Below are positions 1-14,499 of a DNA stretch of 64,000 bases, one piece after another. The position numbers were made by a program, and so were the translations under genes. Numbering within the stretch: position 1 is the first letter of the stretch; every line of letters starts with the position of its first letter. The notes under the pieces were generated by a model. The model saw only the letters and a list, made by a program, of their open reading frames with translations, was not told the DNA's origin and searched no databases. Origin of the DNA: Takakia lepidozioides (lineage: Eukaryota; Plantae; Bryophyta); contig CM060732.1 in assembly GCA_030704615.1 (NCBI GenBank), forward strand, positions 14,508,001 through 14,572,000, written 5' to 3'.

Positions 1-3000
1 GTTTTATATAATGTTAACTAGATGGAAAATGCAGACCTGATTGATCTCATGCCCCACTACAATTCCTAGTCTAATGAACATAATTTTGTCATTGTTGACT
101 CCCTGCACTATTATTGAAGTCTATGTCTGAAGGTTGATCATTGCATGAACCACTCCACTATTTCTTTTTGAGATCTATGTGAGATAACAAAAATATCCAT
201 GGGGATTGTATTATACCCGAATAGATCTGTCAATAGAGCCACTATAAAGCTTGTTTGCAGTCAGAGAAATTGCCAAACATGTCACTGATCTTGTGTGCTC
301 CTTCATTTCTTGCATCAAGCATGGTTCCCTGCTCTTGGCATCCCACACCTTCATACATCACAATAAATGTATACTTAAGTATCAAGATGCAATTTTGCTC
401 TCTTTCCAATTTTCTGTTATCATCTCTCTTTGCACAAAATAATTTGAGATAGCCTGCCAGTCTGGTTGTAAGATTTCACCTTGAGGGTGCCATCAGAATG
501 GCCCACGACTAGCCGTCCGTTTCCAAGGGCAAGTGCACGAACTTCTCCATTATTGGATGAATCTAAAGTCACTATTTCACAATGTCTCCACAGCTCCGGC
601 TGCAAGCGATCCAATGATTCTAGGATTAAACCTAGCCATCACTAGTGCTGTGCACACAATCTGACTTTTTGTCAATCCCATGTCAAATGAGTAACAAAGC
701 ATAGCTGAAAACCATAACATCAATTTGTCCAATGACTTCCCATGGATAATTAAATGTGCAATGAGTTGGGATGGGCCAGGTTTGCCATTTAAATTAGTCT
801 TTTGACATCTCATTTCTCATCTCTCTTAAGTCACTAGGTGACAGAGTACATAGATCTACTTGCATGACGACTTTTTTCCCCTTGCTGCAGCTCCGAATCG
901 CCCTCCAGGGGCACTTTATCAAGGGAGGGCTTTGTGAGCTGTGAAGGTGACAAACTGCTATTTCTTGGAACTTTGATGTTCACCCCAGTCTTTTCAGAAA
1001 TCAAATGCAATTGAGTTTGTTCGCCAAGAGTTTTCAGTCTCTCTTTCTTTTCTGAATTCTCTTTCTTTGTATCCCATGTCCACGTAGAGGCTCCAACTGC
1101 AGCTTATTGTGCCAAGAGTTACCACAGCAATTTCTACATCTGTGCATGTGAATTATTTGATTTTTTTGCACCAGTGATTACTCGTCTAAAAGAAGTTCTA
1201 GCCATTGTCTTCAATGCCTCCATGTGCCAAGGTTATGTTTTGGAATATGAATATCTTCTAAACATTTCGAGTTATGTCAATGAAGGTTGTTCGGATTGAA
1301 TTGATAGTAGATTGTGAGAGCGCAAATGCTGGCAGTGAAGATCATAAGAATGGATAGATGGATACTTTGAAAATGCTGCTACCGGTTCCTCAAGCGAAGG
1401 ACAGTTTTGCAAGTGAAGGTCCCGGCGATTCTCCCAAAATTGTCACACCAAGATTGGTGAACTATCAATTCTAAGGAAAGGTTCATGCTCTCGTAGTATA
1501 TACCACACCATTGATCACCACCCTCACCCTTCCGGCACGAACCCCCCTTTGACGATCAGACTGCATAAGTATATAAACTTGTATTGCAGCTAAATTTTCT
1601 CACTCCGGAATATACTCAAGGAAAGACAACCCACCTTTGCGGAATTGTTAGCAAATGCTCGAAGAATCTCTTTGGCAGTCCAAGTTGAATTCCGTAATTG
1701 CCTCAAGGTCCCACCTATGTCGTTAGAAAAACTAACCAGCTCTTTAAGTCCACCTGTACATTAAATAATCGTTCAGCACCTCCACCGAAGTGCTCCTTTC
1801 ACAGAAGTACATAATGCGGATTGTTGACATAATTCAAAAAAACAACTATACTATGACATGATCTAATTGTAAGAGACCCAAAAAGTAAGGCATATGCACA
1901 AGCGGGAGAAAAAAGAAAGCAAAAATGGTCATATATTGTCATACGTCTAGGTCCACAAAAACGGAGTCTCGTTATACGCGTTCATAAATACTTCCCTCTC
2001 CCCTCAGATTGTTATCAGCGAAAGCCTGTTGTTTAGCACCATAATATAAACAAACACGATGGACCTATTCAAATCAATACCTGCATCTGCAATGAAGCTG
2101 TGGAGGGCCAAGGCTGCCAGTGCCTTTTCCTCACTAGTCTTTGCAGATTGGAGGATTCGTACAAAAGGAGTGAGCAAGTAGCGGCGTGCAACATCCCAGA
2201 CCCCTATGTTCGGCAACTGAGGCAACAAATGAGTAAGCCAAGTAGCGACAATCATGCAAGGACTTTTGACCTCCTCATTGTTGCTTTGCAAACCCTGGCT
2301 CAGGGCTTCCAATATCATACCACACTTGTATCCAAGAAGTGCCCCTGCCACTCTTTTCTCCCAGTCCTTTGCAGCCTTCTCTTCTTCTTCCTACAGTAGT
2401 CAAATACAACACATTTCATCATCCAAACTTCGGAACATGTGTACATAAGCCTTTATAGATTTTTTGAATCCACAAGGAGTATTGTAATTAATTACTAGTA
2501 CCGATAGTCTCAATGATCTGCAGACTTTGCAAACACATTAATGTCTGGACATATATATGGTGAAATGCAAAGGATTCACACAAGCTAGCTTGAACCTTAT
2601 AAGGACCTACACAAAAACCAATTACCCTAAGCGGAGCGTGCTTACCGAATTGTCTAGAGCCGTGACTTCTTCCATATCCAATTCATGGTCCAGCTCTCCC
2701 ATATTACAGGCTTCATAGCCTTTTTTAAGGCCAGCAGTCTTCAGCAGCCATGCCTCAGTGAGGGATCTGCCAGAGTACGAGAAACGGGCTCCAAGAGCAA
2801 GCAATATGTTTGCCGATTCCACTTGTGAACCAACCACCTCTTTGCTTGTCATGACCTCAAGCAATATCTCCATTGTTTCTTCTCTATATATGCTGCCGTT
2901 CCTAGGCTCAACCTGCATTAACTTATAGCATTTGATAATTTGTGAACAGATCAATTGATCTATCCCAATTATGTCCAATTTATGCACAAGTTTGGAGAGA

Positions 3001-6000
3001 GTCGGGTCCTGCAATTTTTTTCGTTGGCAGAGATAACTTGGTCTCATATTTCAACATATACAAATCCAAACACTACAAAATTTTGCATTTGATGCATGTG
3101 TACCATGTAAAGGGATCTCATTAATTATGTATGACGTGTGGTATACTATATTGTGCACTAAGCATACAATTTATGGGACACTCTTATGAGAGCATGACCA
3201 CATTCAAGTCCTTATAAGCTGCATGAAGCCTTTGAACATAGGTGCAAATTATTTAGGAATCAGTCAGAATAGCAGCTAGTTTTACCAATAAATCAAGTTG
3301 TAGAAGAAGTCCTGCTGCCACAGGGCGCTGCTCCAATGGTACCACTTGAAGATGAACTAGCAAGATGTGCATGCTGCTAAGGAGCCCTTCTGTTTTGACG
3401 GCTTCCAAGATCTCATTGGACAAAGCCCTCCTGTTCCACATAGAGACCAGTAGTAAATGCTAGCTCACTTGGCTATGCCATCCAGACAAGTTTGTATTAT
3501 TGTTCATCTGTCTTGCTTTGCTACGTCCAGTATATATTGTAGACCTAAAATGTTCCTCCAATTCCGTGCAAGAAGGTTCAACAGAATTCAAAATGGGTTC
3601 AAAATGTGGTCCAAATTATGTAATTATTAACCCTTTGCTGACAAGTAGAGACAGCTTGAGGATGTGATCTTTTCATCTGTCTATACACTCTTCGAACGTA
3701 CCTATTTAGACAGACGAGTTCTGCCAGAAATGAAATTGTGACGATGCGAGCTCTGTTGTTGCCACTTTGGAGAAGCTCAACCACAGACGCTAACTTTTTC
3801 GCCCGAGCTATGGAGTTGCGGCAGGTTCCCTGAGCTTGCATGCAGAAAAGCAGAAGTGAAACTGCACTTGTCCTCTCCTCCACATTCTGGGCTTCCATGC
3901 TGTTAATGAGGACTGGCATGACCTTTAGTGATATGAGGGAGAGGGTGTACGTAGTTTTGGTGGTGGGATCATCGATATCTGTTAATAGCTGATCTAGAAG
4001 GATCATGGCAGCTTCCTTGGGCTTCATCACCAGCTACAACAGTCCAAACACATTGATCAAGGGGGCTCCATATTGTTAAAGGAAAGTGTTCAAAGTAGTC
4101 CAAAACATCACATGTGTTTACATCCTACAAAGCAGGAAAGACAAAACTTCGAGCCAATAATCTTGAATGCTTTGTATGAATAAGATGGCATCATACAGCC
4201 ATCAATTACTACACCATCAGAAGTTTCCAAAATCATATCTGTACGTTAGAACGCTACAAGCACTGAACCCGGATGACAGATGGAAATACGTATGATTGCA
4301 TGCTTTCAGAATTTTTGGGATCAAACGTCTTACCGTAAGTTCGGAATTCGTGGCCGCAATATTGACATTCTCTGTAGAATGTTTCAACAGCACAGAGGCA
4401 AGAGGAACCAAAAAATCTAGTGGTGCAAGTTGGTCCAACGACAACTTCATCTGACATAGGATCACAGCTGCAGATTGAAGACCCTTTTGAAGAAGTCCAA
4501 CCAAGCACTCAAATCTTGGGTCCAACTGCATATATGTCCGCTGAACGAAATCATCTTTTTCCATCAACCCAGAGAGAACATATATTGTAGATTTCAACAC
4601 ATCCATTGTTGTCGATGTCGTCATTACCTGATCATTATTCACATGATGGACATCAATGTAAGAGCTGAGCAAAAAAAATTGTGAGATGGAGCAATGCAAT
4701 TCACGACTTCGAGGTTCAGGTTTATTAAATGCCTTACCTTAAAGAAACCATTGATCACAACAGTTTGTTTCAATAGTGTTTCCACTTGAATGTCTCTCTT
4801 GGATTCCTTCCAGACACTCGCGATCGTCATTACTGCAGCTTCACAATCTATCAAATCTTCGATGTTACATAAGGCTGAAATCGTAGCCTTCAGCTCGTCC
4901 AACAACGACTCAAAATCTTCCTGGCCAGTTACAATAGCTGTGGGGGCATAAACTTCTAGGACGAGATTCTTGGGATGTTGGGTACGAGCACAGATAAGTG
5001 ACTGCATGGACTGGTTGCTATCATCTGAAACGAAAGATCTATTGCTACTCATGCTGCTTATGGGTGACGCTATAGAGGAGTGTTCGGTCCCATCCGACGT
5101 TTCCCCACTGTGGTTTAGTACATTCCTTAGATTTGGGCTATGAGATGAAGACTCGTACTCGTTTGCAATTTCTGGGTGCCGCTCTTTCCAATTTGTCACT
5201 ACTCTCTTGAGTATATAATTTGTCCTTGGCAACTTGTTCATTTTTAACTGTTGACGTGTGATTGGACAGGTGGTATTTCCTCGGGCTAACCACTCTTGAA
5301 TTGCTCTTCGCTCAAACGTCTGCCCTGTCTCCAGAGTAACGGGGTCATTGAACAGCTGGCTTATAATGGGGCACACAAAATCTTTTGGAGGCTTTGAAAC
5401 ATTGGAGTCGCTGTCCAATCCCCGACCAAAAGCCATATGCTCTCTACTGCAGCCCTCAAATCTCTGCTCAGACATTGTTGACACAATCCCAATGTGGGAC
5501 TCATCATCCATTATAAACGACCGGACGCTGTTCTCAATTAAAGTGCTGCACAAACAAAGACACCAGAACAAGTTTGTTTTCAACCTGACTACAAGTTCAA
5601 TACTTACTCATATTGTTTTCAAATTTCACACATAATGGGTCTTTTCTACACCAGATTCAATTGAGATTTTCCACAGTTTATAGGGACAAAATTTTGGGCT
5701 CCAAAAGTGAGAGGAAGAGCTGTCAGTCGGCTCTTCAGGACTGTGGTAACATACACTTGACTTCACTGGAAGGTCTATATTTTAATAGAACAAATTAGAT
5801 GGAGGAGCGGAAGAGTGACTCAATAGTCTAGATCTACTTGCAATTTTAGACAAAACGGTTTTGAACAACACTTTGAATATTTATTATATATATATATATA
5901 CCTGAGAATTTAATGATATTATTGTATCAAACTGGAAAGTTGTACCTGCATTCAACATTCTTGTCATCTGAGTCAAACATTTGATTGATGACGCCATGGG

Positions 6001-7616
6001 CTTGTGATAGCTGATCAACGTCGACGGCACTGACCAGTCCAAAGGACTGATCCGTTCTCACATCACTCAGTGCAACATCATCCATCAGTACCTTTGCTAA
6101 ATTTGGAGATAGATTGAAATCTGATTCCGAATTGGGTCCGATTGTGGTGGGCTGATCCGCCCCCATGTCCCTCATTGCGACGTCCCTGGATAGACTTCGT
6201 AATATTGGAGATTGATGGAAAATTGTAATTTCCTCGTACGATCGCGTGATGGGCTGATCCGCAATTCCAACACTCGTAGCTACATCCCTGGTTGCTCTGG
6301 GTATAATTGGAGAGGATTTCATGTCGGAATCTATTGTTGCATGTGACTGTGTTGTGGTGTCAACGATTCGTTCCCTTTTTCTTGGTGTCATTGTATTTGG
6401 AGCATTCTGCAAACCAGAGATATATTGATTCATAAACATTTTCAAGACACTGACACCTTATATTTCCTGCAATACAATCAATCAATTGATCGATGACCGA
6501 CTGCATAATCCAGACCTATTACTTCAGTTCCATGTATTTCAAAACTCTTCTACAAAGATGGCTCATATCTAGGTGGGTTTAATACAAGTTGCGCGTGAAC
6601 TTCTTACTGAGGTGCAAGAACATATGAAGTCAAACATCTATGGATCAAGAGCAAAAAACATGATTTAGAACGCATATATGGATGCGCCCATCTCTCACCT
6701 GTACTTGATGCCCATCTGATTCACATTTGGGTGTCCGTGTGCCTAGAGAAGACGAAACAGAAGAGTCATCCAAATAATAAGGATCAGCCACCGATGGCAG
6801 CGTGTGCTCATGGCCGCCTTTAAGATAGACGGACAACTTTTTATCACTGAGTTTTCTCTTTGGGGCTTCCATCACCCTCAGAGTACCAGATTTTGAGCGG
6901 AAAATCAAATCAGAAACTTTAGTGACTTCGTGTATTGGAGGCCGACCCGAGCGTGTAGTTTTTAGAGTCAACTCATCGTTGTAACTACTTCTCCAACTGA
7001 GCGATTGTTGCTTCGTCCTTAATCCACCATCGGGCACCGGTCGAGCTTGGGCGCTCCGCACGCTCCTAATGCTTGGTGGATTAGAGGTGGCACGAGCCAT
7101 AATGCCGTTTGTGCGAGTGTTTTTGGATGCCGTTCCCGACCACATCAGCTGTCACATCCAAGGTGAGAAGACAGACTAGATCATTATAACATGTTCAAGA
7201 CTGTATAGCATCGACACCTACTAGTGTCAAGATCTTATAGAGAGTCACAAGATTGTATGATACATTCAAGTTAAACGCATTACAGAATCATGAAGTAGCC
7301 AAGATCCGAACCAGCTTGTATGAGTCATATCTGTAAGGCTTCATTTCAGAGATCACGTGAAATGAACAAGTCAGACAAAATTTAGAAATCTAGACGAACA
7401 TAGGTGCCTGGAGATTCTTACATTCTTGCAGCGATTTTGCAGAAAGTTGAGGGTACTGTCGTTTCTTGCTCGGTCACTTGAGCCTTGCCTACAATTTTCA
7501 CAAATTATACAACAATTTGAGCTCCTGTACAATCGCAATATCTGTTCTGAGACACAAAATAAGATCATCGGGTTAATTGATTAAACTTAACTGGTCTAGG
7601 TAATATTTAGGTCCCC

Positions 7617-7649
<33 letters not shown>

Positions 7650-10225
7650 AGCTCATGTGCCATGGACTTTCTAATATGAGTTATGTCATTCCCAAAATCA
7701 TTCACTCGATTGTATTCTCTATAGTCTACTGGGTCGCCAGTCGCAATATGTAAATGATCTTGATTACACACCGTTTTAATGCTGAAGACTCAACGTCATC
7801 TTTGAGAAGTGGCATGGGGCCGCTTTTGGATTCAAAATCGGTGACCAACTTGGGTGCTAGAGAAAATCGGTTGCCAGTGGATTTTTGACTCGACATTATA
7901 TTTGTTGAAGACTCCTCGTCATCTTCAAAAAGTGGCATGGGGCCGCTTCTGGATTCAAAAGAGGTGACCAAATTGGATGCTAGAGAAAATCGGCTGCTGG
8001 TGGATTTACGACTCGACATTATATTTGTGGAAGACTCCTCGTCATCTTTAAGAAGTGGCATGGGGTTGCTTGTGGATGCAAACGCGGTGACCAACCTGGG
8101 TGCGGGAGAAAACCGGCTGCCAATGGATTTACGACTCGACAATATATTTGTTGAAGATTCGTCGCCATCTTTGAGAAGTGGCATGGGGCCGCTTCTGGAT
8201 CCAAACGCGGTGACCAACCTGGGTGCGGGAGAAAATCGGCTGCCAGTGGATTTACGACTCGACATTATATTTGGTGAAGACTCGTCGTCATCGTTGAAAA
8301 TTGGCATGGGGCCGCTTCTGGATCCAAACGCGGTGACCAACCTGGGTGCGGGAGAAAATCGGCTGCCAGTGGATTTACGACTCGACATTATATTTGTTGA
8401 AGACTCGTCATCATCTTTGAAAAGTGGCATGGGGCCGCTTCTGGATCCAAACGCGGTGACCAACCTAGGTGCGGGAGAAAATCGGCTATCAGTGGATTTA
8501 CGACTCAAGATTCTATTTGTTGAGGAATCATCGTCATCTTTGAGAAGTGGCATGGGGCCGCTTCTGGATTCAAAAGCAGTGACCAAGGGTGCTGGAGAAA
8601 CTCGGCTGCCAGTGGATTTACGACTCAACGTTATGTTTGTTGAAGACTCGTCGTCATCTTTTAGAAGTGGCATTGGACCACTTCTGGATTCAAAAGCGGT
8701 GACCAAGGGTGCTGGAGAAAATCGGTTGCCAATGGATATACGACTCGACATTATATTTGTTGAAGACTCGCTGAGAAGTGGCATAGGGCCGCTTCTGGAT
8801 CCAAAACCGGTCCAAGATATCACATGAAATCGGCTGCCGGTGGACTTACGACTTGACATTATATTGTCTAAGTTTGGTTGAAAGGACTGTGGAACACAAA
8901 TCTCCATGTGAATAGGAGTCATGGGTGGCTCAGCGATCGGCATGAGTGGCATGCTCATGCCTCGTGGTAGTTTATCTTGAGCCTGATCATAATTCAGCCA
9001 GTCCTTGTAATACCGTGCGTATTGCCTTGTGTTTTCGTCTAAAGAGTCCTGATACAACTTTTCCAGATCTTGAAGCTTCTTAGTTTGCTCCCCACTCACA
9101 TTTAAACTCGTGGACCTTGTCATTTCATTGTAGGCAATTGTGCAATCTGTTCGAATGTCATGCACTTCAGTAGGCCGCTCTCGCTTAGAGTCTGGAGTAG
9201 CTAGTGAATCTCGTTGAATGATTTGTCGCTGCTCGGTATACCACGCTACAATGCTTGGGACGTGAGGAAGGAAGAGATGTTCCCATAGCCCTGGTGCAAA
9301 GTTCAAACGAGAGTATAATGAATCTACTAAAAACATCTCCAAGCTGTGCATGGCAGCCTTACGGTCATTGTTTCGAAGTTTCCACACGAAGGCGAGATTG
9401 AGGTGTGCCCATGCAGAGAGGTATGAATTTGACACACCTGTCGTCGTTGACCGGCTATCCAATAGTGCACACACCTACGATCGATGCACACCACTTTAGA
9501 AAGAGCCTGGAAACTGGCCAGCACATGTTTACTCAATCAAAGAACAGAAATCAATCCATATGAGAGTAGCTATGAATTGAAGGTAGATCAATATACATAT
9601 TTCAAGGTTTTAATGTATACATATGTACGATTCCCTGAGGTAACCTCTGTACGACCCAACATGTATTCTAGTTATAACTTGAGGATATTGATATACTAAA
9701 GTCTAGATGAATCTCATTATATTCATACGTCGAGAATGTGGGCAGTAGGCACTATAGTATCTTTGCAGATATTTTGGAAACTTGGTAATAATTGTTGTTT
9801 GATGAACATGGTATTACGGTAATAGTGGTTGTTTGATGGTTGTATTGATCAACTCTAGGGTCCTTTCTATCCATAGGGAACTGAGAGAAGGTCAGTGACA
9901 ATTGTTGGGCAGCTCGACGGCTAGATGTAGATACCTGAAGCATCTTCTCAGCATGGTCAAGCCGGGCATTCTTGGTCTCCAAATTCGATGTATTGATAGC
10001 CTCCTCCAAAGCCTCAATCCCCCAGTCCAAGTTGGCCAAAATTGCTTGCTCGGCATAATGTACCCGACTACCATCACTTATCTTGAGCCTCTCCGAGCAC
10101 TGCTCCTTGTGCCGAGCCCGCTGATCTCTGTCTAGCAATGCATCCATGGTGTAGCTTCCAACCATCGACACCATAGAATCCACGGCAGCAGAGTCAAGCG
10201 ACCCCGCAAACATGGGGAGCGTCAT
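1..10225 (-). CDS. LIN: LIN/CERBERUS-like U-box, ARM-repeat and WD40 E3 ubiquitin ligase, multi-exon, 3' end beyond the window start. Approximate exons: 10225-9935, 9474-7772, ~7488-7420, ~7146-6699, ~6410-5947, ~5543-4738, ~4627-4340, ~4032-3702, ~3445-3285, ~2912-2646, ~2393-2082, ~1754-1636, ~607-480, ~347-218
   Basis: N-terminal signature EQAILANLDWGIEALEEAINTSNLETKNARLDHAEKMLQ|VCA...YLSAWAHLNL...FAPGLWEHLFLPH; PIAEPPMTP; U-box PPKDFVCPIISQLFNDPVTLETGQTFERRAIQEWLARGNTTCPITRQ; ARM-like exons; WD40 exons (LVVGHSDGTLK|VWD...EHTRSVTCL...LYSGSIDRSIR). GT/AG sites flank the exons checked. Several internal exon boundaries are approximate. Confidence 0.9.
7780..8865 (-). repeat. Coding tandem repeat in LIN exon 2: nine units, mostly 123 bp (41 aa)
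   Basis: Unit NIMSSRKSTGSRFSPAPRLVTAFGSRSGPMPLLKDDDESST; ggcatggggccgc recurs at 123-bp spacing (e.g. 7811, 7934); frame preserved throughout. Confidence 0.97.
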
Positions 10226-12442
10226 TTATTTGGTCTCGCTTTTCCTCTGTTTTTTAGTTGGATGCCAATGCCCTTTCCAGCAATAAATGTGAGTAGTCTT
10301 AGAACTACTAACTTCAATTGCGCAGCGTCTTCAGAGTTGAATTGTGTCTGGTTATCTTCTCTCCAATTTCCCTGTGCATGTCACTTGGGTTTTTATACAT
10401 ATACATGTGCATGACTAGGTCTCGTAGAGCTCTGTCAAGAACTAGTATACCATTTTACAAGCATGAGGATATAAATGAAAATGTTTTTAAGTTAAAAAAC
10501 CAGACCTCTTGAGAAACTTATTAGACCTTACTAGATATCTCGAAAATAAATCATAATTTGTTGAACAGTCAATCTGCAACATACATCAATCTAATGTGCG
10601 ACCTCATTGACGTTGTCAATCAGGTTTTGGCCCAATCTAAAGACAAAATCTCAGTTTTAGGGGGATGTCGCGTTGGTATCACCTCGTTATCTCCTCTGAC
10701 ATGATGGCAACCCAAACTCAAGACAGATTCTCATTCAAACATGACTCGTAACATTTGAATTGCACAGTCCATGAGAACGAAAAGTAAGTAAGTTTGGTAT
10801 ACCAAGAACGTGACAGTCCGAATCCAACCTCATACTCGGCCAACCTAAAGCCAAAGTTAGCCATCTCAAGAGGTGGAAAGAGACTGCTATGGAGGTGAGC
10901 CCAATATTGAAATCAAAAGTTGTAGAATGAAAGATTTGTCATTAATCAAGTGGAAGGTCGACTTGAACAGTGCAAAGTCAGCAGAGATGATGAAGATCAA
11001 CACTACAACGTCAGTTCATAAGTTTTTGTAAAGTTAATTGGCCCCAGATATCAGCTGTCTCTTAGGACTGAGCTTTTGAGCTATGAGCCTAGGCAAAGAG
11101 GTACAAGAACTGAGCGGTAGACTGGATGCAGGCTGGCCTCAAAATTGCAAAACCTCGTACTCTCCACTCTAGTGCGTAAAGTCCAACGCAAAAGACAATA
11201 GTGGGGCCAGATCGATTTTCTTGACCCAGCCAAGTTGCATTTGGACTCGCCGTTTATCAACAAACTAATTTTGAACATTGTGTATTCTAACAGACTATCC
11301 GACTTGTTTTCAGTCAACAACAATGCGATATTGTCGACAACACTTCAAACACATATTATAATTATGTAGAACGAAAATTGAAAACACCACTATCGGTTGC
11401 AGTTGAGTGTGAAGTCTAAATTGCAATGAATGATTCTACATCAGTCCAATTTCCCTTCCATTAACAGCTAGACTTGCCCACATTCTTTGTCTTCACCCTT
11501 GTTGGCCAAAGGGCTATATTCAAATGTAAGAAAAACAACCCAACTTAGACAAAAAAAAAATAGGCTGGCAGGATTGTTAGACCAGTGTGTATGATAGTAT
11601 CTAACATCACAGCTGTTCGGCATGCCTGCAATAAGCCAAAGATAGCGAGGCCAACTTGTCGTTACTTGCACATGTACCAAATAACGACAGCCAAATGACG
11701 GCCATGGGAGTCACTAACACTGGCTCTTGAGTCAAACAAATCACAACGCACTCGGACATTAAGGAAAAAGATGACATTGGGGTCATTGAGGGTGGTGGGC
11801 AGGTGATCATGCTGATAACATAGTTTATGTCACATGAAGCTGGAATATTTTTATATCCTAATCACTATATAAGCTCGCATAATGGCTCCTCCTTATGGTG
11901 ACTATCTATTAGAATATTTTGATGATGATATGTGTTGGTAACAAATGTAATTAGGTAATTTAAAAGCAATAAATACAAGTTTATGGTCTGTCCAATATGC
12001 TTATGTAATGCCAGATATGTGGTGTTGGTGAGGTGCATTTGTCCAAACATGGTCTAGTTGAGATCCATAGATAGTAGTACTAATTGAGAATTGGAGTTGC
12101 ATGTGAAAAGAAGACATGAATTTTTGTAATTGATTTGTTGATACGGTATTATTTTGTAAAAGATGTACATTAAAATCTCCTATTATTATGGTTGGACATG
12201 AGCTTTTTGAGAGAAGACAAGAAAATAATTAATTGTAGTGTTGGAGGTTTATAGACCGCAATTATATGAATTGTTTCCTGGTATTCAAATTAAATGTTGC
12301 AGCTATGTATTCAGCACCTTCATTTGATAGTATTTGATTTGATGCTAATGACATAGTATGGTCGTATATTACAAGTGTTCCATGGCTTACATGAACCGCT
12401 AGATAAGATGAACCGCTAGATAAGAGTACATTGTAGCATTAA

Positions 12443-13464
12443 CCCTTAAGTGTCCGGGCCCATTTTCACGACATGCTGTGAAAAAAAGACCTGGGCCACT
12501 AAAACTTTTTTTATCTCCCAGATTTCCAAGTCCCTGTAAAAGTGACCGTTGAATTTACTGCCCATCTACCCAAACTATGACCTCAAAAAATTGCAGCCGT
12601 ATCCAATTGCCAGATTAGAAGATTATAATATGCAGATGTGCCCCAAAAAGAATCCTTCCTAAAAATGAAGAGCATAAAAAACCAAGAAATTTACCAAATT
12701 TGGGCAATGTTTTCCTTGCATGGTATGAGAGTCTCTGGAATTGTGTACCTCACTTGATGCCACACCTTCCCTGAAATTTTCGTTTATTTCTGAATTGTTT
12801 TCGTGTGGGCTGCTTTGTACTCACAAATTGGGGGGTCTCAAAACCCAATTTGAAGCGGGCAGACCAAAATTTGAGCTTCAAAAATTATGTATGACACATC
12901 TACCGTCCAATTCTCAATCGCTCTGGTCTGTGTCATCATTTGCATGCAAATGTTGTTGCAGAAAAAAATTCAATCCAATTGGGAAATATTTTAGGCTATT
13001 TTCGGGCCCTGCCCGGTAATTCCCAGCCCAACCTATATTTTGGCCTGCAGCCCTACCGCATTTCCTACTGTAGCCCTTGTACCTAGCGGGTTGTGAGACC
13101 GTTTCACCACTCTTTTGACTCGGGTGGCGGCCATGCAGGCTGCTGCACATTCATGGGCATTGGGATGTGTGTGGGGCCGCCGTTCTTAGGGTGGAAACCC
13201 TTCCCTAGCCTGACCGTGGTTGCCATGTAAGCAACTCAGGCAAGATGATTCAGCAAAAATATGTCAAAAAAGCTGAGTTAGCCCCAAATTGGGGGGTCTT
13301 ACTCCATGTATATATTTCTTTTTTGAAGATTGGCCAATGCGTGTAAGAGTTTTTTTCCTATCTAATGAGCCTAATTTGACTCAAATCAGAGTTAACCCCA
13401 GTAAAAACTGGATGGTTAAAGAAACCTAACCAACCCCAAAACGGGTCGGTTTGACACTTAAGGG
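12443..13464. mobile_element. Non-autonomous piggyBac-like element (MITE), 1,022 bp
   Basis: TTAA (12439-12442) + CCCTTAAGTGTC ... GACACTTAAGGG + TTAA (13465-13468): perfect 12-bp TIR starting CCC with a TTAA TSD; no transposase ORF. Confidence 0.8.
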
Positions 13465-13639
13465 TTAAGGAACAATTCAATGTTTGAATTTGTTGGATTG
13501 AAGTAAGTTTCATTGAAGCACATTATATGAGATTGTTGTATATTAAAGTAAAAAAAACATCCTCCTTATGTAACGACAATGATCTAGTGTTTAAAGATTG
13601 CACAATGACATGGGATTCTCTATAATATTTGAGAGTGGG

Positions 13640-14420
13640 AATTAATAGCTTCCAACGTGCACTAGTGCGAAGCCGTTACATTTTTCCGGCAACGCCATTA
13701 TCAACATGCAAATTGTTTGATTGCAAAGGTGTGATAAGATATAAATTTTCTTTTTGTCGAATGCGAGAAAGTGTCGTGTATGTTAGACTTATTTACACCC
13801 TTAGGGTCAAACGCTAAATAATCCAGAGTTAATCATTGGAACAATGGATAGTTCGAGCGGAAGCCAATTGAATTGGAAATTGGGTTCTGGTAATGATATG
13901 TTTCGTATTAGATCCTATTTGTATTTCTTTTGAAACTGGTTGGATTGGCGTCCACAACGAACAATTTGGTATGTTTTTCATATTCTCTTGATTATATAAA
14001 TATTTATTTTTTGCACGCGTAGCAATTTCCGATTTCGGATTATTAAATTAGATCCATATTAAAATAGTTGAATTTGACAAAACAGAGAAATGTTTAAAAA
14101 TTCCATCGGCTCCGTTTACAAGTCCATCATGTGTAGCATAATTTCTTGCGCACAATTCTATTAACATATCTTTCTTAACATGAATCGTTGTATGCAAACC
14201 TGTTGTGGCATTGGCATTATCGAGCAACTTGAAATTCGAAGGGCATGTATCATGATGTTTATCAACAGCTTGAAATATATACATTTGTCCGATTGTTGAA
14301 TATTCTTTCATTGTGCCTTAACATTTTTTTGTTCGTATAATACAAATGTGGAAATGTAGGATCGTTAGGTGGTGGACGACAACACTGATTGTTAATCGAC
14401 CCCAATATGTATGTGGCTTG
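13640..14420 (-). pseudogene. PIF1-family helicase C-terminal fragment, Helitron-like
   Basis: LHTTIHVKKDMLIELCARNYATHDGLVNGADG, and downstream ITRTQFPIQLASARTIHCS-(frameshift)-LTLD, match PIF1 helicase motifs; disrupted. Confidence 0.8.
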
Positions 14421-14499
14421 ATTTTATTGCAAGCGTGACAGGTACGGCCCACGAGGTACAGCCTGGAACGCCCCTCTGGCAGCCTCGTCGGCAAGCTGG

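Noticed and set aside
840-1560. Coding-looking sequence in a LIN intron
   Set aside because: No ORF of 60 aa or more and no motif I can recognise; no call supported.
7937-8827. 296-aa plus-strand ORF
   Set aside because: Antisense shadow of the LIN coding repeat.
12391-12424. 17-bp tandem duplication atgaaccgctagataag near the MITE
   Set aside because: Not adjacent to the element ends; probably ordinary slippage or repair.
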